Below, piece by piece: positions 41,409 to 56,400 of a DNA stretch of 64,000 nucleotides. The stretch comes from Barthelona sp. PCE. Lineage: Eukaryota. Position numbers and translations under genes: made by a program. Every line of letters begins with the position of its first letter. Positions within the stretch are counted from its first letter, which is position 1. The DNA is taken from contig JAUFOR010000002.1 in assembly GCA_040285745.1 (NCBI GenBank), positions 1,116,001-1,180,000 of the forward strand, in the 5' to 3' direction. Below the pieces are notes generated by a model that saw nothing but the letters and a program-made list of their open reading frames with translations, was not told the DNA's origin and ran no database searches.

Positions 41409-44400
41409 ATGAATCAAGACAAATCAATTAACCTCAAATCAACACTTCTGTTGTTCTACGCACCAACAGAAGTTGATGAAATTTTGGCTTTGGAGCAAAA
41501 CTCAACCTTATTGAGTAATTTAGAAGTCAATGGGTACGAAATATTTGTTTACAATTCGGATACTAGGGAGATAGATCGTCCAACTCGGTTTGTTCTACCA
41601 AAAGGCGATGAAGTCGGTGTTCTTTTGGTGAATGAGAGTTATGAATGGACTTTAGCATTTATTGAGGCGAAGCGTGATATTTTGGCGAGCTATTTCACCG
41701 ATGTTGTGCTTCCTATGGTTTTTGTGGAAATCCCATTAATTAGTCTTATGTTGGACTTCTTACAGAGTATGGGACCTTTTCTTCTCCCATCGGGTCAACT
41801 GGTGAAGATGTACATTATATTGGCACGTGAGATGGCTACCAATCCAACGATGCGAGCTCGATTATTTCACATTATTAACGATAGCATTATTAGATTCATC
41901 AATTCAAACCATGAAATCAAGTCGCCAGAGCTCGAGATCAAGTATTACCAGGATTATTCGTTAAGGTTTAAGATGTTGACGGATTTCTTCGGACATGAGT
42001 CTTTTCCTTTGTTGCAAACAATTGCTACAAAAACCGACAAGAGCTGTTCAGAGACGCTGCGCCACCTTACTGAAATATACAAAGTTGGTATCGAGGAGAC
42101 CAAGAAGTTGAGCAATTATTTCTTCATTTTGGAGGAGTGGTTGATACCAATCACTGAATCAAATAGCCTGAATAAGCTGGGGCGTCTCTGCAATAGCTTC
42201 TTCTGCGCGTATGATTATCTCTTGACCCAATGTCCAAACTATTCGACAATCCCCAACGTTGGCTTGTTTCTGAAAAGTTTTGTTAACATGTTTGTGAATA
42301 AGTGTTTGAGTTTCAGTAACGTGCATGGGCTATTAGACAAGCTTCATTATCTTGATAATTCACTAATCTTTCGTCATATTAGAAAGTATGGTAGTTATTA
42401 TTCTTTTAAGTTCAAGGATACAGTAGCACAGCTCAGTTATTTCAAGCAGCTCTTCATTAAGTATCGTAATGATTCCAACAGTATGCCTGTTCATTGTGAC
42501 CATGTAGGATTGCCATTAACAAAGGAGATGTTGAGCAAGAAGACGTTGTCTCACAGCGACAAGCAGTTAAACATCTGGAGCTGTATCAGTTACAATGAGA
42601 TCTTTGCAGGTGTGACACGTTTCTCAACACATGCATTGGATCTTAGTGAAATGTTTCATGTCATTGATGTTCTTGCTGTTCTCACGAGTTATGGATTCCC
42701 TGAGATGCTTCGTAACACGGACCATGAGCTGTTCTTCAATGCGCTCAATGCGCTTCAGAAGACATGTGCCTATTTCCAAGAGCTCAGCGAGATGATGTTT
42801 GTTGACTTACTCAGATCAATGTTTGTGTTCGATGCAAAGGGGTTGATTGATGTCCTACACGTTGACTCCGACGTGTTTGATCAGATATTTGTTCGATATG
42901 GTAGTGCAGTGCGTGATTTTGACTATGGATTGGAGAAATCGCTGTCTGTTCTCTTGACAAGTGTTCAGAATTTATCTGAAAGAATGGTTTTGGCCAGTCA
43001 TCTTTGCATGCTCGGCTCATGTCCTCTACTGCGTTTGAGTTCAGGGAACTTTAGAGTCTTCATTTTGCAGGTTTTCCATGATATTATTTACCAAGCCGTA
43101 TTTGAGATTATGAAGTTAGCAAAAGAGATCCCTCACAATTTAAATGAGTTGATATTACCATGTTTCACACAATCGCTATTGTTTACCGCCGAGTTTAAGC
43201 TCCCACAATCATGTGTATCGTTGGATGAATTGCAAATATCAGATATTCAGATTCTCATAGAAAAATTAACCCCAGTTTTAGTGCGTTGCTTCGCATACCT
43301 ATCATCAATAGACGTGATTATTTCCAAATACCCAGAATACTCGGATGCAATCATTACATTCGATGAGATCACAGAGATATTAAACGGTTTATCGACAGAC
43401 TACACTGCTATTTCCACAGATGCAATTGCATCTGTATCTCGCGAACTGCGACGCTTTGTTGACAACCTAATTGATAAAGTTAGATCAACGATTATTGAAC
43501 TGGTCAAGCTATTTGTTCCAAAGGCAGAGGCATTTATTATTAATCTTGCTAGTTTCAAGGAAAACAGCATCTTGTTCAAGGATGACTTGTCGGATAAGCT
43601 CGAGGTTGGTATCACAAAAGATTTCTTTGATCCTTTTATGTCGTTTTTACGGTTTATGAAGAAGATGAACATACTTCCATTTATTATTAACAATGTAGAA
43701 CTGAATAAGGCATTGAAATATCTAATCCCACCAAAATTCCGTTCAGTACAGGGATTTTGTCTTCATTCTAGGCGAATTTTGTTCAGATTGCTTGATGCAG
43801 TAACGAAGTATAACGCCCTTCGAAGAATACTCACACCCACAATCGAGAGCCTGTTGACAAGCGAGCTCAAGGACGCTGAGCAGCAGATCAACACATGTCT
43901 TACCGAGATCCACTGGTCTTCATCAAAGGCGAGTGATGCATCTCTTTTGTTGAGCACATCGTTCAGGGTACTGAAGCAAAAGGCCGACCCGCTTCTGCGG
44001 CTTTTGGACCACTGTACCAATCTCCCACAATTCTTCTTGAAAAACGCTATTATATTTGATTTGCCCACATTCCCCCAAAAGCCATTGGATTTCTTGAAGG
44101 AGAACATGCAAAACGCAATCAAAATAGAGGGTGTTGTGCGTGAGTGGAACAGACAGTTTGATGAGATGCTCAGTGATGCGAGAATCATCTGCGACATATC
44201 TCCATCAGATTTCAACTGGAAGAGATTCATTGGGCTACTGACAAACACAATTGTATCTCAGCTGTGTAACATTCTTGTCGCTGAGATGGAAGAGCTGTTT
44301 GTTATTCTGATGGATAGCGACCAACCAATCCTTGTTGATGGTCACGCTGAGCTTCATGGTGATCGAATCACGACTTTCCCTGGTTCCAGCGGTGCGCTAA

Positions 44401-47400
44401 AAGAGTCATTCCGCCACATGATGTTCCTGACACACATTGTTAATGAAGAGCTGGTTGAGAAGTTAGACATTCCCGGTTTCTTAGCCGTTCTTGTTTCACT
44501 TCCTGTGAACGCTTTTAAACTCATACATGTCCCTGTCAGCACCAAAGACGAGCAGATGGACAATGCTGTGCGTGAGATCAAACCCACCGAGATTTTTGAT
44601 GAAAAAGCAATTATTGATATTGATATTGAGTTGTGTCGTCAGGATACGATAATTGATCTGATAGATGAGAAACTCGACCTCGATCGCGCATTTATGCAGC
44701 TAGAAAATCTATGTGAAAGCATTTCTACTTCATCCAATCAAGTTTTTGGTGATATGTATATGCAGTTTGCATTCTTACTGGATCGTCGCGAATTAAGTCG
44801 ATTTCTGAGCCTTGACGCCGTGGAGATCTACAGAAAGGTGCCATATAACGAGAATACCCTTCTTGAGTATAAAATTCCGAATATCATTAAGTATTATCGA
44901 AAGTTTGAGGAATTCTTCTCACAGAAGCTTGCAATGGTTGCTAATCTCACAGAAGAAGCGTCGAGTATCCCAAGCGCGATTAGATTTCAGTTTGTCCAGT
45001 TTGTTATGAAACCAGTCAAGCACGCTCTCAACATGCAGTTAGCCATGTTACTGCACGAGTTGCGTGAGTTCATCACACAATGTATCAGTGATCTCACCAA
45101 ATCCGTTAGTGTATGGATGCGTCTAGCGTCCACTAGCCTCAACACTTTTAATAGGGACTTGACAGGAGAATTCTCCATTACAAGTCTTCGTGGTATAGGA
45201 CCAGTACTTGAGACGATAAAATACAGCGTAAAGGCACTAAAGAGGACCATAACAATCTCTAAGCGCCTGGTTGACGCCGTTGAGGATCAGAAATTGCAGT
45301 TGTCTATTTCGAGCGATTTCATCGGTTCGGAACGTAGGGCTATTGCCTCCAATGAGATGAAGTTGAAGCAGATCTTCCAGTCAAAGCAGCTGTTACAGGC
45401 GAACATGGCTAAGTACTCGAAGCTTCATTCATCCACAATTCGTGATTTTATTAATAAGGTGCACACCCTTATTGTTAATTTCAAGAGTGATGTTGACGCC
45501 AGGAAGCCGTTCATCGATATCGATAGGTACAATGGTTGCGGTGTTGAAATTGCAAATGTTGTTGTCAACTCTGTCGATGATGTTAAGGAAATTATTGGTG
45601 AGAAATTCCAGGAGCTCGATCAGATCGAACTGGATCTCAGCCAAGTTGCACTCATCCAAACTAACTTCGACAGCTCAAAGGTCGAGAAGATGAGAGTTGA
45701 GCTCAACGATTTGGATTTCTTCTGGACTGCTTTAGAATCCAGTTGTACAGCTATTGTTGAGTGTTTAGGAAGAACATTCCAGGACTGCAGCTTTGAATCA
45801 ATTGCAGAGAACCCTGAAGAAATGGTTGAGCTTATTGAAAAGTTGGAATACAGAGCTCATCGCTCATGGTTACCTATGCTACGTTACCAACTTTCTCATC
45901 TTGAAACAGTTTTCCGTATCATGCGTGCTCTCCAGCAACCATATGTCACTCAGTATTACTGGCGTCACCTCTCGCATCTGGTTAGATTTGAACTTACCAT
46001 CGAGAATAAGGTTGATGACTTAATGTACCTACTATTTAGAGATGATGATATCCGTGCCTCTATAAGCAAGCTCATTGGCGAAGCCAAGAAGGAGGACAAT
46101 CACAATAAGCACATTGAGGATTTGAGCCGAGTCTGGCTCTTTGCCAAATTTTCCAGTTCAACCAAGGATGTTGTTGTCAACACAAAGGGATGTCTGTGTA
46201 AGATGTTTGATTCCATTACGTATCAGCTCAGCCTTGATGAAGATGATGTTAATGATGAGCGAATCAATGTAGAAGAGGAAGGGAATGATTTTTATCATCC
46301 TCTGATGCGGTTTAACAATCATATTATTAACGTTGAAGAGTGTATGCTTGACCCATCAACCGAAGACTCGATGATAGCATCGGAAGAAACGTCTGCTTAC
46401 GATATTGCAGGTGAGTACGATTCAGAAATGGACGGTATTAACATGGATATAGATTTTGACATCTTAGAGCATGAACAGGAACAGTTGGATAATGCTGATG
46501 CGGAAACTACCGTGTTTAAACACAATTACATTAATACAGTTTCCTTGCTTAATGACTTCCAAGATCTAGTCATCAATCCTCTTTCTTTCATAAACGATTT
46601 AGATCTCTCGGATTACGATTCGTTGATGTCGATTTGTATTCATCTCCCAATTTTTGAGGAGCTTAATCGATCTCTCATTACTTTAAGAACATGCAAGAGG
46701 CTAAATACCAGGCGTTTAGATGCTTTAGTGGAGGAGTGGCGTGAGCAACTTTACAAGTTACGTGGTGCTTTACGCGAGCTTTATGCTTTATGTCTCTTTG
46801 TGGATTGTTACATTTATTTTTTCGCACAAGCATCTGTAATTTTAGGTGATACATTTGAGCTTAAAAGCGATGTGAAGGGCCCCATCGACGCCCTCACACG
46901 TGCCTATCGTCTGATTGATCGGATAGCTGCATTTGTCTGTATGCTTCAGATTGCTGACGATGATATCGTAGTGGAAATTAAAGAAACCAAGACATTCCTC
47001 GTATCACAGTGTTGGTCACTCGTTGTTGAGACCTGTGAGACGTTGTCCAGTCTTCATCCACAAATGCTATTCATATCATCAACTAAGATGCCTTTATATT
47101 GTTTCGGTTTTGGTCGCATTTTCAGTCACTTTAGTAATTGTGGTGTGACATCAAATTCTGATTACACATTTAACAGTGGAGATATAGCAATAATTAACTC
47201 CTTTATTGCAACAACATTTCCCACACTCAGGGCAGCGAGTATTGTTGAAAATTCGATCATATCAGTATTTGATAACGTTGGATACAAAATTCCAATGGTT
47301 AACAACATTGATTTGGAGAGAAATTATAACATATTCACATTCATACGAGATATGGAGAAACATTGTAACGAAATCGTCACTGTTTTCTTCAACAAATGTA

Positions 47401-50400
47401 AGAATATTGAAGATGAATTCAGTGATATGACTAATTTACCATTGGATGAGTTCGGTGTTCAAATTGATACATGGCTTCAGCGCGCTTTCGAACTTCCGTT
47501 CTCTTACTTTAGGTTAGTGTTAAATACTTTGCTGCACTTTTGTCGTTCATTTAACATCAGTATGGTCGAGTATTACCGTTCTTTCATTAGCAGTCTTCGT
47601 CGTGCATGTGCTATAGAAGACGAGTTCATCAAGCACCGTAACGTTATTAGCACAATGATCGGTTATGATGCATTGAAGACGAACGTTGTACGACCGATCG
47701 ACATGGAGTTCAACAGCAGCGGTGGTAGCTTCGTATTACATTCCAGTAAGTCAGATGCAAAAACTTTGTCGTTTGATAATGCTGTTATGAGTTCAACAGA
47801 AATTTTCAGTGGTAACATTGCTGAAAATGAGCTTGAAGAGGAGCTGATGATTATTGAAGATGAAGAAGATGAGTTTAACGATTTTGATGAGGATGAAGAG
47901 CAGATGGAGGAGGATTCTTCCATCTCCTGGACAGATCATATATGTTATTTCGACATTGAGTTCAATTTAGATGACAAAACGGCAAAGATAGATGATCTGA
48001 CTATGGATTTATCAAGACAGATTGTTACAAGTTATCCGTCTCCTGCTGCGTATAAGCAGTACTGGAATGTGATCAAGAATATCTTTGCAGCAACAACATT
48101 GGGTAACAACTTCCTTTTGTTTGGTGAGGGATATCACATGCGACAAACGTTATTGCAATCCTTCGTTGTTCTCAGCTGTCAATCTATTTTTGTGTATGAC
48201 TGTGCAAATTTCTTGAAGCTCTTCAAGGAAAACGATGAGAGGTCAGCGTTGATGCTCTTCCATTCTATCCTACGAGGATTAGTTGACGCAGCACACTTGA
48301 CAAAGACTATTATAATCTTTGATCACACTTGTCTGTTGAGCGACAGGTTGCTCAACATCCTTAATAATGACATCCCGCAACAGGGTATTGGGTTTTTGTA
48401 CAATAAGGGCTTTGAACAGAAGATTCATTTAAACGCTGTGCCTATTTATATGCCTTCTACGTTCGGTTCATCAACGAGCTTTTACTTTAATGTCTTCCTT
48501 TCCCTGTGTTTCTTGAAGGGTCAATTAACGAATGTTTATTCTTTTTCTTTGCATGTCTCGAAGATTTTGAGTACACTTGTACTTTACATGAAAGTTTTGG
48601 GAATTGACTTGCGTATTCGTGTTGTTGAATTGCGTAGAGTATTGGACGGTACGTTGAATGTGTGGAAAGCATTTGAGAAATCTGAGGAGGATACCATTTA
48701 CAGCAATGAACAGGCACACCTACGTCTGTGCCAGTGTTTCAGCTATGCTCTCCAGCAATGGTTAGACTTATTCCTTCCAGCATCTCTTCACAGCAGTATT
48801 CGTTATGGTGCTCACACCCAACGTCTGTTTTCAGAGGAAAACACGTTTGAGTTGTTGTTGAACAGAATAATTCCTAGTTCGAAGAAATTGAAGGAGTTAA
48901 AGTTCCCCGAGAGATACGATATTTTCGCAAACAGTTCATACAGTATGGAGGGACAGAGCGTTAAATTGGAGAAGACTATTCAACTATTGCATTCAGCCCT
49001 CAGTCATTACGATGATTTGGTTCTGTATTTCTATGCTGCATCAGATTATCATGTTTTTAAAGCTGTTGAAGATATCTTAAAGGTTTATTATCACAAAAGC
49101 CAAAAAAGAAAGGAGATGATTATCACATCAACTATCCGAAATAATACGCTGTTCGGTGATGAGCAGTTTATTGGTATTTTAAATGATCAACTAATGACAC
49201 GCTGCTTGAAGTATATTGATCACTTTAAGGACAGCAAAAAGATTCCCAAGTTAGTTTGTGTTATATACATATCTGGACCTCTTCACGGTGATCTGGCATC
49301 GTTTAAGATCAATTTGAGACGTAAACTCAATGTTTTCCTAAAAACACTGCGTCCAGATGTACCAGACGCTCGTTTTTTGTTTGTTCATGCTTTGAATTGT
49401 GGTTTAGAACGTGTGTCTTGTATTTCAGATGATATATACTCAAACATGGATTTCCAGCATCATTATAAAGCTGATGCAGAACTCAGGCTCAACTACAACA
49501 GGAATATCACGAATATGGTAGCTTTGGGTTTCTACTGCCCCATTATTTTAGATCCTTTAAGTAATTCGGTGGCTTCTCGTTCGATTTCACAGGCCTATTT
49601 CTTACAGCGCAGTCGTTTCGATATCCATTCAAGTCATCTCGGTAAGATATATGGCAGTGGAACAATTGGTGTATTTATTATTAGCAATGTGATTGGCTTC
49701 ATGAGCCAGTTTTCTCAGGAATTTAAATCTCTATCAACGATTTGGGCATCTATAGGTTCAAAGACCGAGCTCCTGGTGCGCCTTGCAGGTGCTATGCCTG
49801 TATGTGAGGACCCCATCGCTTGGTTGCTGTTTATCAGTTATATAACTTGTTTTATTGGAATCCGTCGAGAATGTATCCGTAAACTGGATTTGTACTACTT
49901 CCAACGTGTTAAGGAACAGTTGGGGGATGCCATCGAACAGGAAGAACTGAATGAATACGAGTATGACTTCAGTGAATCAATCACAGGTGAGCTCTCAATC
50001 AGTTTTGACCAGGTGAGCAACGTGATCGACCAGAACATCAATGGTCGCACTCCAATTTTATTGGGAGGCTATCATATCACTGCTTTGGATCAGTTGGAGT
50101 TAGATTGGAAGCCAGTTAATCCTTCTAAGACTGGTATGGATGACCTGCACACCGTTACACTCAAGAAACGTCAGCAATCCATTTCTAACGAGATACTGGG
50201 GTATGTGATGCGCAACGTTAATATGCGCAAGTGTGAAGTGAAGGTATCCTTACTTGACTGGCCGCTTATCACTGAGCATCCAATTGTTCCGTACATTGAG
50301 GAGAAAGGATATATCGTCAACACGTTCCGTTTCTCTTTAACACCGTTCACGACATGTGAGTCGCTAATTAGATCAATCCTGAGTGTCTTACCTCGTTGGA

Positions 50401-53400
50401 GTCTTTACGATTGTGAGCCTCTTTCTGACAAGGAGCGATGGATAATTTACTTTACTGATATTCAGTTCGCACCGCCAGAGGTTATATCTCAGATTGTGCA
50501 TCTTAGTAACACAAAATTGCTGTATGTTCCTTCAGAAAACATGACTGTGAAGCTCAAGTATTGTTTCTTTAGCGTTCATGGTCGTTTCTATGAACCTCTG
50601 TATGCACCTTTCAATGATCTTCTGCTCAGGTCAGCCAATCCTCTCAGTGGTTTTGTGCCTATTGAGTTTGATGCACACCATGATCTCCACATGTACAGCA
50701 ATGTGCTACTTCAGGAATGGGGGTTAGTACGTGGTACTGAGAATGCAGTTCTGGTACACAGTGCTGTTCAGACGCTAGATCATGTCATTACGAGTCTGGC
50801 CAAGTCAATGCGTCAGTCAATGTCTAAGCCGTTCTTGATCATCACAAAATCTCAGATATCAGCAATTATTAACGTTATGAAACACCATCGTCCTTGTGAT
50901 GAGAGTTTCCCTCTCTCTCTTCTAAGTTTATTGGTGTTCTGCATCCAGGTGTTCTTCATGTTGCGTAGTGCCACGGATGCAGAGATTGGTCACATTCAGA
51001 ATATGATCGAGACTGCAATCCGTCGGTATTTCCCTTCAAAAGTGCGCTTAAAGACACGTACAATTCTTCGAATTATTCTGGTTCACGAGAACATGGTTGA
51101 ATGGTTCCATGAAGGGGCATCAACCACTCTTTCACTTGTTGATAAAACAAAGAAATGCGGTAAGTTTTACTTGGTAAATAATTTCAAGCTGCTCCGGTTC
51201 AGGTTGTTCAGGAAACTTCAGAAGGAGGTGAGTACATTCAGTCTCATGAACGACGGTTGGATCACATCTGTTCTTATGGGTCTGCTATTCATCCTTTCAA
51301 CGCCTAATGGAAATCTTTGTATAAGTACTTCATTTAACTTTGATGTTGCCATCTTTAAGGATTTCATTGGGAAGAGTCTACAAAAGATCCATCAATCGGT
51401 CAACCCTGTTGAATTTTTATATTTGGGAGAAAAAGAAAAAGAAAATAGTACAAAGATTCTTGAGAAAGCAATCTATGATATGGTTGTTGAAGATCGGAAA
51501 ATTCACTTTTTGTTTGATCTTGAGTTCTATCATTGCGAACTGCAGTCAGAACGTGTCATCCGTTTCCTCAAGCTATTCTATGACGCTACTGTTCACGGTA
51601 CGTACTACCACGAATTTGTGTTACAGAACGAGTTCCTATCTCCCAATGTTAAGGATAAAATCATCAAGTTTGTTAAGGAACGTTCCTTACTGAAGATCAC
51701 ACCCGAAATGGTACTCCAAGAAAAGTTCCGTTCCAATTTCTCATTTGTCATTGTGACGCATATATCTTCTTTCTCGTATCCTGCGGAGTCCCAGTTCTTA
51801 TTACCACTCATTGCACGAATTCCAGTGTTCCGCATCCGTTTCATGGATATCAAGGCATGGACAACCCTAACTGAAGATGTCATGATGTTCCTCCGTGCAA
51901 AACTTGCAAAGAGCGTAGGTATGAACCTCAAGAACTCATCACTTATTAAGGTGAAGAGCACAGTTGCCTACCGTATTTGCCTGACAAAGCAAGACAGCAA
52001 TACACTCGCATCGTTCTTTGCTACCCTTTTTAATCACTGGTCACGAATGCTTCCATTGGGTTGTTTCACAATCAGTGACTCACCACTCTCTGTTGGCATG
52101 AATTTCGACGCTGCATTTATTCCAGGAACAGTTGATAACAGATCACTGTTTTCATTCTTTAGTGTTTATATGCACACGTTCATCAAGATTTATGTCGATG
52201 TACGAAAGATGATTATCGCAGAGGAGAGCAGTATCCGTGATTCTAAGCGGTTTATTACCAACCTTGAGCGGTCTGTCGATAAGAAGAAGAAAGAGGCTGA
52301 GGAATTGGAAGTCTCTTTAGCAGCACTCAACGATCAACTGGATACTCTTATTAATCAGATGAGCAGTGAAAGGTTGAGAGCTAACAGTCTTCAGGTGCAA
52401 CTGGAGGAGATCAAGATTGATCTTGATGAAAAAACAGAGCGTTCTGAAAAGGTGCTCAATCATCTTTCTAATTTACGTGACCAGTCAGAGATGAACGCTA
52501 GAAAGCTCAACGAGACAAGACGTAACTGTTCAATGATGTTGCGTATGTCGACGAATTCGAAGGAGGAGTCGATTGCTGTCCGTGAGCTAGTGCTTTCCGA
52601 TACCATGAATGAGGAGGCCATGTTGACTTGTGGTTTGCTCCTTGTTATCCTCGAGCAGCAGCCTCCGAATCAACAGCTCAGTGCGTATATTCCAAAGTTG
52701 CGTCAAATGCTGACAATTGATGATGGTCTTGCGATTCTCCTGACCAAATTTGATTATGAAATGGCAAACATGAAGGTGATTGATACTGCTGTGAAGATGA
52801 GAAGTATTCGTATGCCATTGGAGGAGAATAAGGATAATGTTGTTTTGAATTCTATAAGAGAGCTTATTCTCTATTGTTTCACCCTACGAAAGTTGCGAAT
52901 TGATATTGTTGATACGCACACGTTATCCACTGAGGCAGAGAGCGACCGTATCGCTGTCCAGGACAGATACTTGACACTTAAACAGTGGCATGAGACGTCT
53001 TCACAATCGATTGAGCGGTTGATCGGGCAGACGATAACCATGTCGGACCGTATTGCTTCCATCAAGTATACAATTAAGAAGAGCGGTAAGATTGTAACAT
53101 CTGCCGACTCGATCTTGAAACAGTTGGAAGGTGTACGTTGTGCATTGGAGGAAACAACCCTTCCTCAACTTGCCTCTTTGAAAACGTTTGAGGCTTCTGT
53201 GGCGCCGAATGAAGTTAACATTTCAGTGCGATCACCCGAGGCATCTCCCCTCATATTCTCAAATGCGAAATCTATATTCGAAACTGTGGAGTTTTTGAAA
53301 ACACCCAGTGCAGCAAATGTCGGTCTAGGATTCTCTCCCAATCAGTCTCGTAACGTACCTGATCTTGATGAGTTGTTTGCTGATTTTAACCCGAATGCAA

Positions 53401-56400
53401 CGTTCAAACATGCAGGTTCCAGTGCGATTTTATCGACATTGGGATTCTTCAGCTCTCGAATCACTCCTCTTGCCCATCAAGATTTCATTTATGGTTCGAT
53501 CAGCGCGCTTATGCATCACGATTTGATCAAACATACATCCATCTTTGACAACCTGGTCAAATTACTATTTGTTGACTCGTTTGTTCGATTACGTCGGTTG
53601 ATCCCCGAGTCAACATTCCCTACGCACGTCCCCGATTGCATAGATAACGTCTATCGCATGCTATTGGAGGATGAAAGGGAGTTACCGAACGGTACGCCCC
53701 AGATGAAGCTCGACATACAGGAGGGAGAGCTCATGGTTGATCATTCCCCCAGCGCAGGGCAGGAAGATAGCGGGCCGGGTGAGTCATCGGACTACACCAG
53801 TGCAAGTGAGCGGATGAAGACACACCGTTCAGAGATGAGCCTGCGTAGTTCATGCTCACGTATTAGTGAAAGCACCATCAGCGCTTCAGGAATGTTGCAG
53901 TCCGCATTGAGCATCTCTCAGTCACGTATGAGCATGTCTCAGGTGAATATCTCAGGTAACATTGATGATATTGATGTGCTTCTCCCAAAGATTAAGAGGG
54001 CAAAGGCACGAGCTTCTATGCTTACCCCAGCAATTCTTGGATGTGAGAGGCTCCGTATGGACATTATTTCGCTCAATCTTGGTAGTGCTATATCGTTCTG
54101 CTTCGACCCAATGTCTATCATTGAGACTGATCTCAAGAGTCTAAGTCACCCGAACCATATCTTCACAGATTTCTCAGATCCTGACCTGTTCCAGCGAATT
54201 CTTAGTGCTGGACAATCGGAAAACGATTTGCTCTTTATTAGTGGGTATGATTCTCGAAGTGCATTGCCGCATCATTTCATGCAGTTGTTGAATGCAGTCA
54301 AACATAGTAAGTCATTCTTTGACATTGATGATGTTAAGTATCCCATTCCGAAGCGCCATTTCGTCATGGTCTTTATCAGCGAGAACGCAATAGTGCCTTC
54401 AGTCGTCGCCAGTCCCATCCGTGATCACATAATTATCAGCACACCTCTCACCGTCGATGATCTCAGTCGTACCCTCGTATTTGAACTGTTGCGCCGCCGT
54501 GAGAAAGATGTCTATAACGTTATCTGTCTGTTGACACAAAAAGCAGATGCCATCCTCGTCGATTTCCACGAGTACAGATCCATATTAGCCAAGGCCGTCG
54601 TTGAACTCCCGTCACTGTTGGATAAGCTTGTGGTCAGTGATAAGATAGAGGCACTGCAGAGGGTCCTCAAGAACTTTAACAGCGTACATGAGCTTGCAGA
54701 CGCTTTGGATTTGTTCCTCAACCACATCATCAACCGATACGTCGAGCCTCTACAATCTGTGACTCAAACACTGGCTGCTCTCATGATGGCTGCGTATGAA
54801 CTGGGTGAGAAATTGAACAAACCCTTCATTTGCTGTCAATACACGGAGATCATCAGCTCACTTCTTTTAATCCTAGAGAGTAGAAACCTTTCCGACAGTG
54901 TGGCCCGCGAACTTAACAGACTATTCTGTGTTGCATGCGCGCAACTGCCAAACCACTACGATCGTTTGAGTTTGGGACTTATGTTTTTACGCTTCCTTGG
55001 ACTCATACCACAGGATAACATTGAAATGCTTATTCACTTGATCGAGGGAACAGACGAGGAGGAGGAGGAAATTGATCTGCTGAGCTCTATGAACTTGAGT
55101 AGCGCGATGATTGAACTGATTAACAGCGAAGACGAAGTCATTATGGACTTTGTACTCAGCTCATCACCATTCACAGCAAACTTCGATCTCCCTGAGCAAC
55201 TAACGCTGGTCCAGAAGCTTTTTGTTGTTGTTTATTTCAGATTTGAAGAGATCAATATTATCCTCTATCAATTCTTCAAGGCATTGGGCATGAACGCCAT
55301 CACTGATTTTACACCATTCAAGTTCCACTCTACGAAGGGGTACGTTGAGGATTTCCAGGGATACCACTGTTGCTGTCTCAATTGGAATCTGCAGCACTAC
55401 ATTCCCAACGATGCCTACTTCCTTGACCCTATCCAACCGTTGGATACGAACATGTTCTCCATGTCAAAGTACCTCGTTATCCCATTCGCGAACAATCACA
55501 CCGAGTATTTGATGAGGACTTTCAATCTACTAACAACAGACGATCGTTATTCGCACATCAAGTTGTACATTACGATCAGTGATGCATCGTTGTTCAAGCT
55601 TCCTGTCTACATTCAGCGTAAGACGTTGGTTGTTACTAGCTTTGATAACTTTAAATCGATTGACATTGCGCACAATTTCAACTTTGGTGTGATATTTTCG
55701 TTAAAGTTGGTCGAACGTCTTGCTTCTCTCTGCAAGATTGGTATCAAATCACTCCCCGCAACAATGTACACGAGTATCGTCTGCGCAATATGTTGGTTGG
55801 AGGTGCTATCCATAGTGCGAGTCTTCCCCTGTATTACAACCGCTTTTTATGAGGTGTGTCTCAAGTTGGCCAACGAGTACCATATCAACGGTAGAAGTAC
55901 AGCCAATCTCATTCAGCAGTGCAGCATCATATTTGATGGTCACATTGAACTACAGGAGGTGAACGTTGATGTTATCGGAGTATTTGAGTACTTTATTGAG
56001 CATCCATTCAAGAGCGTAGTTGGGAAGCTTACAGAGGATCTTTCTGATCAGTTCTTCACGGAGCTCTATTATACAGGAAACGAGATCCAAGATGTTGCAG
56101 TTGGTCTCTTTGATCCTAGTGTACGTTCAGATTACGGCGAGATGATACAGTTCCAGAAGCGGTTCATAGCCACAATGGGGAAGCCCAACGTCAATGTCTC
56201 AAGTCAGCTTTGTTTCACAGATGTCATCGAGAAGATCAACAATGTTGTTGAATTCATTACGCACAACATACCGGGGTATATTGTGGTGCCCCACAAGCAC
56301 AAGTTGGTGAACAATTCCCACCCAATGGTAGTTGCTTTACTTACACATGCGTATTCTCTTAACCATTTGCGCAATACTATGATCACAGATATCAACACGC

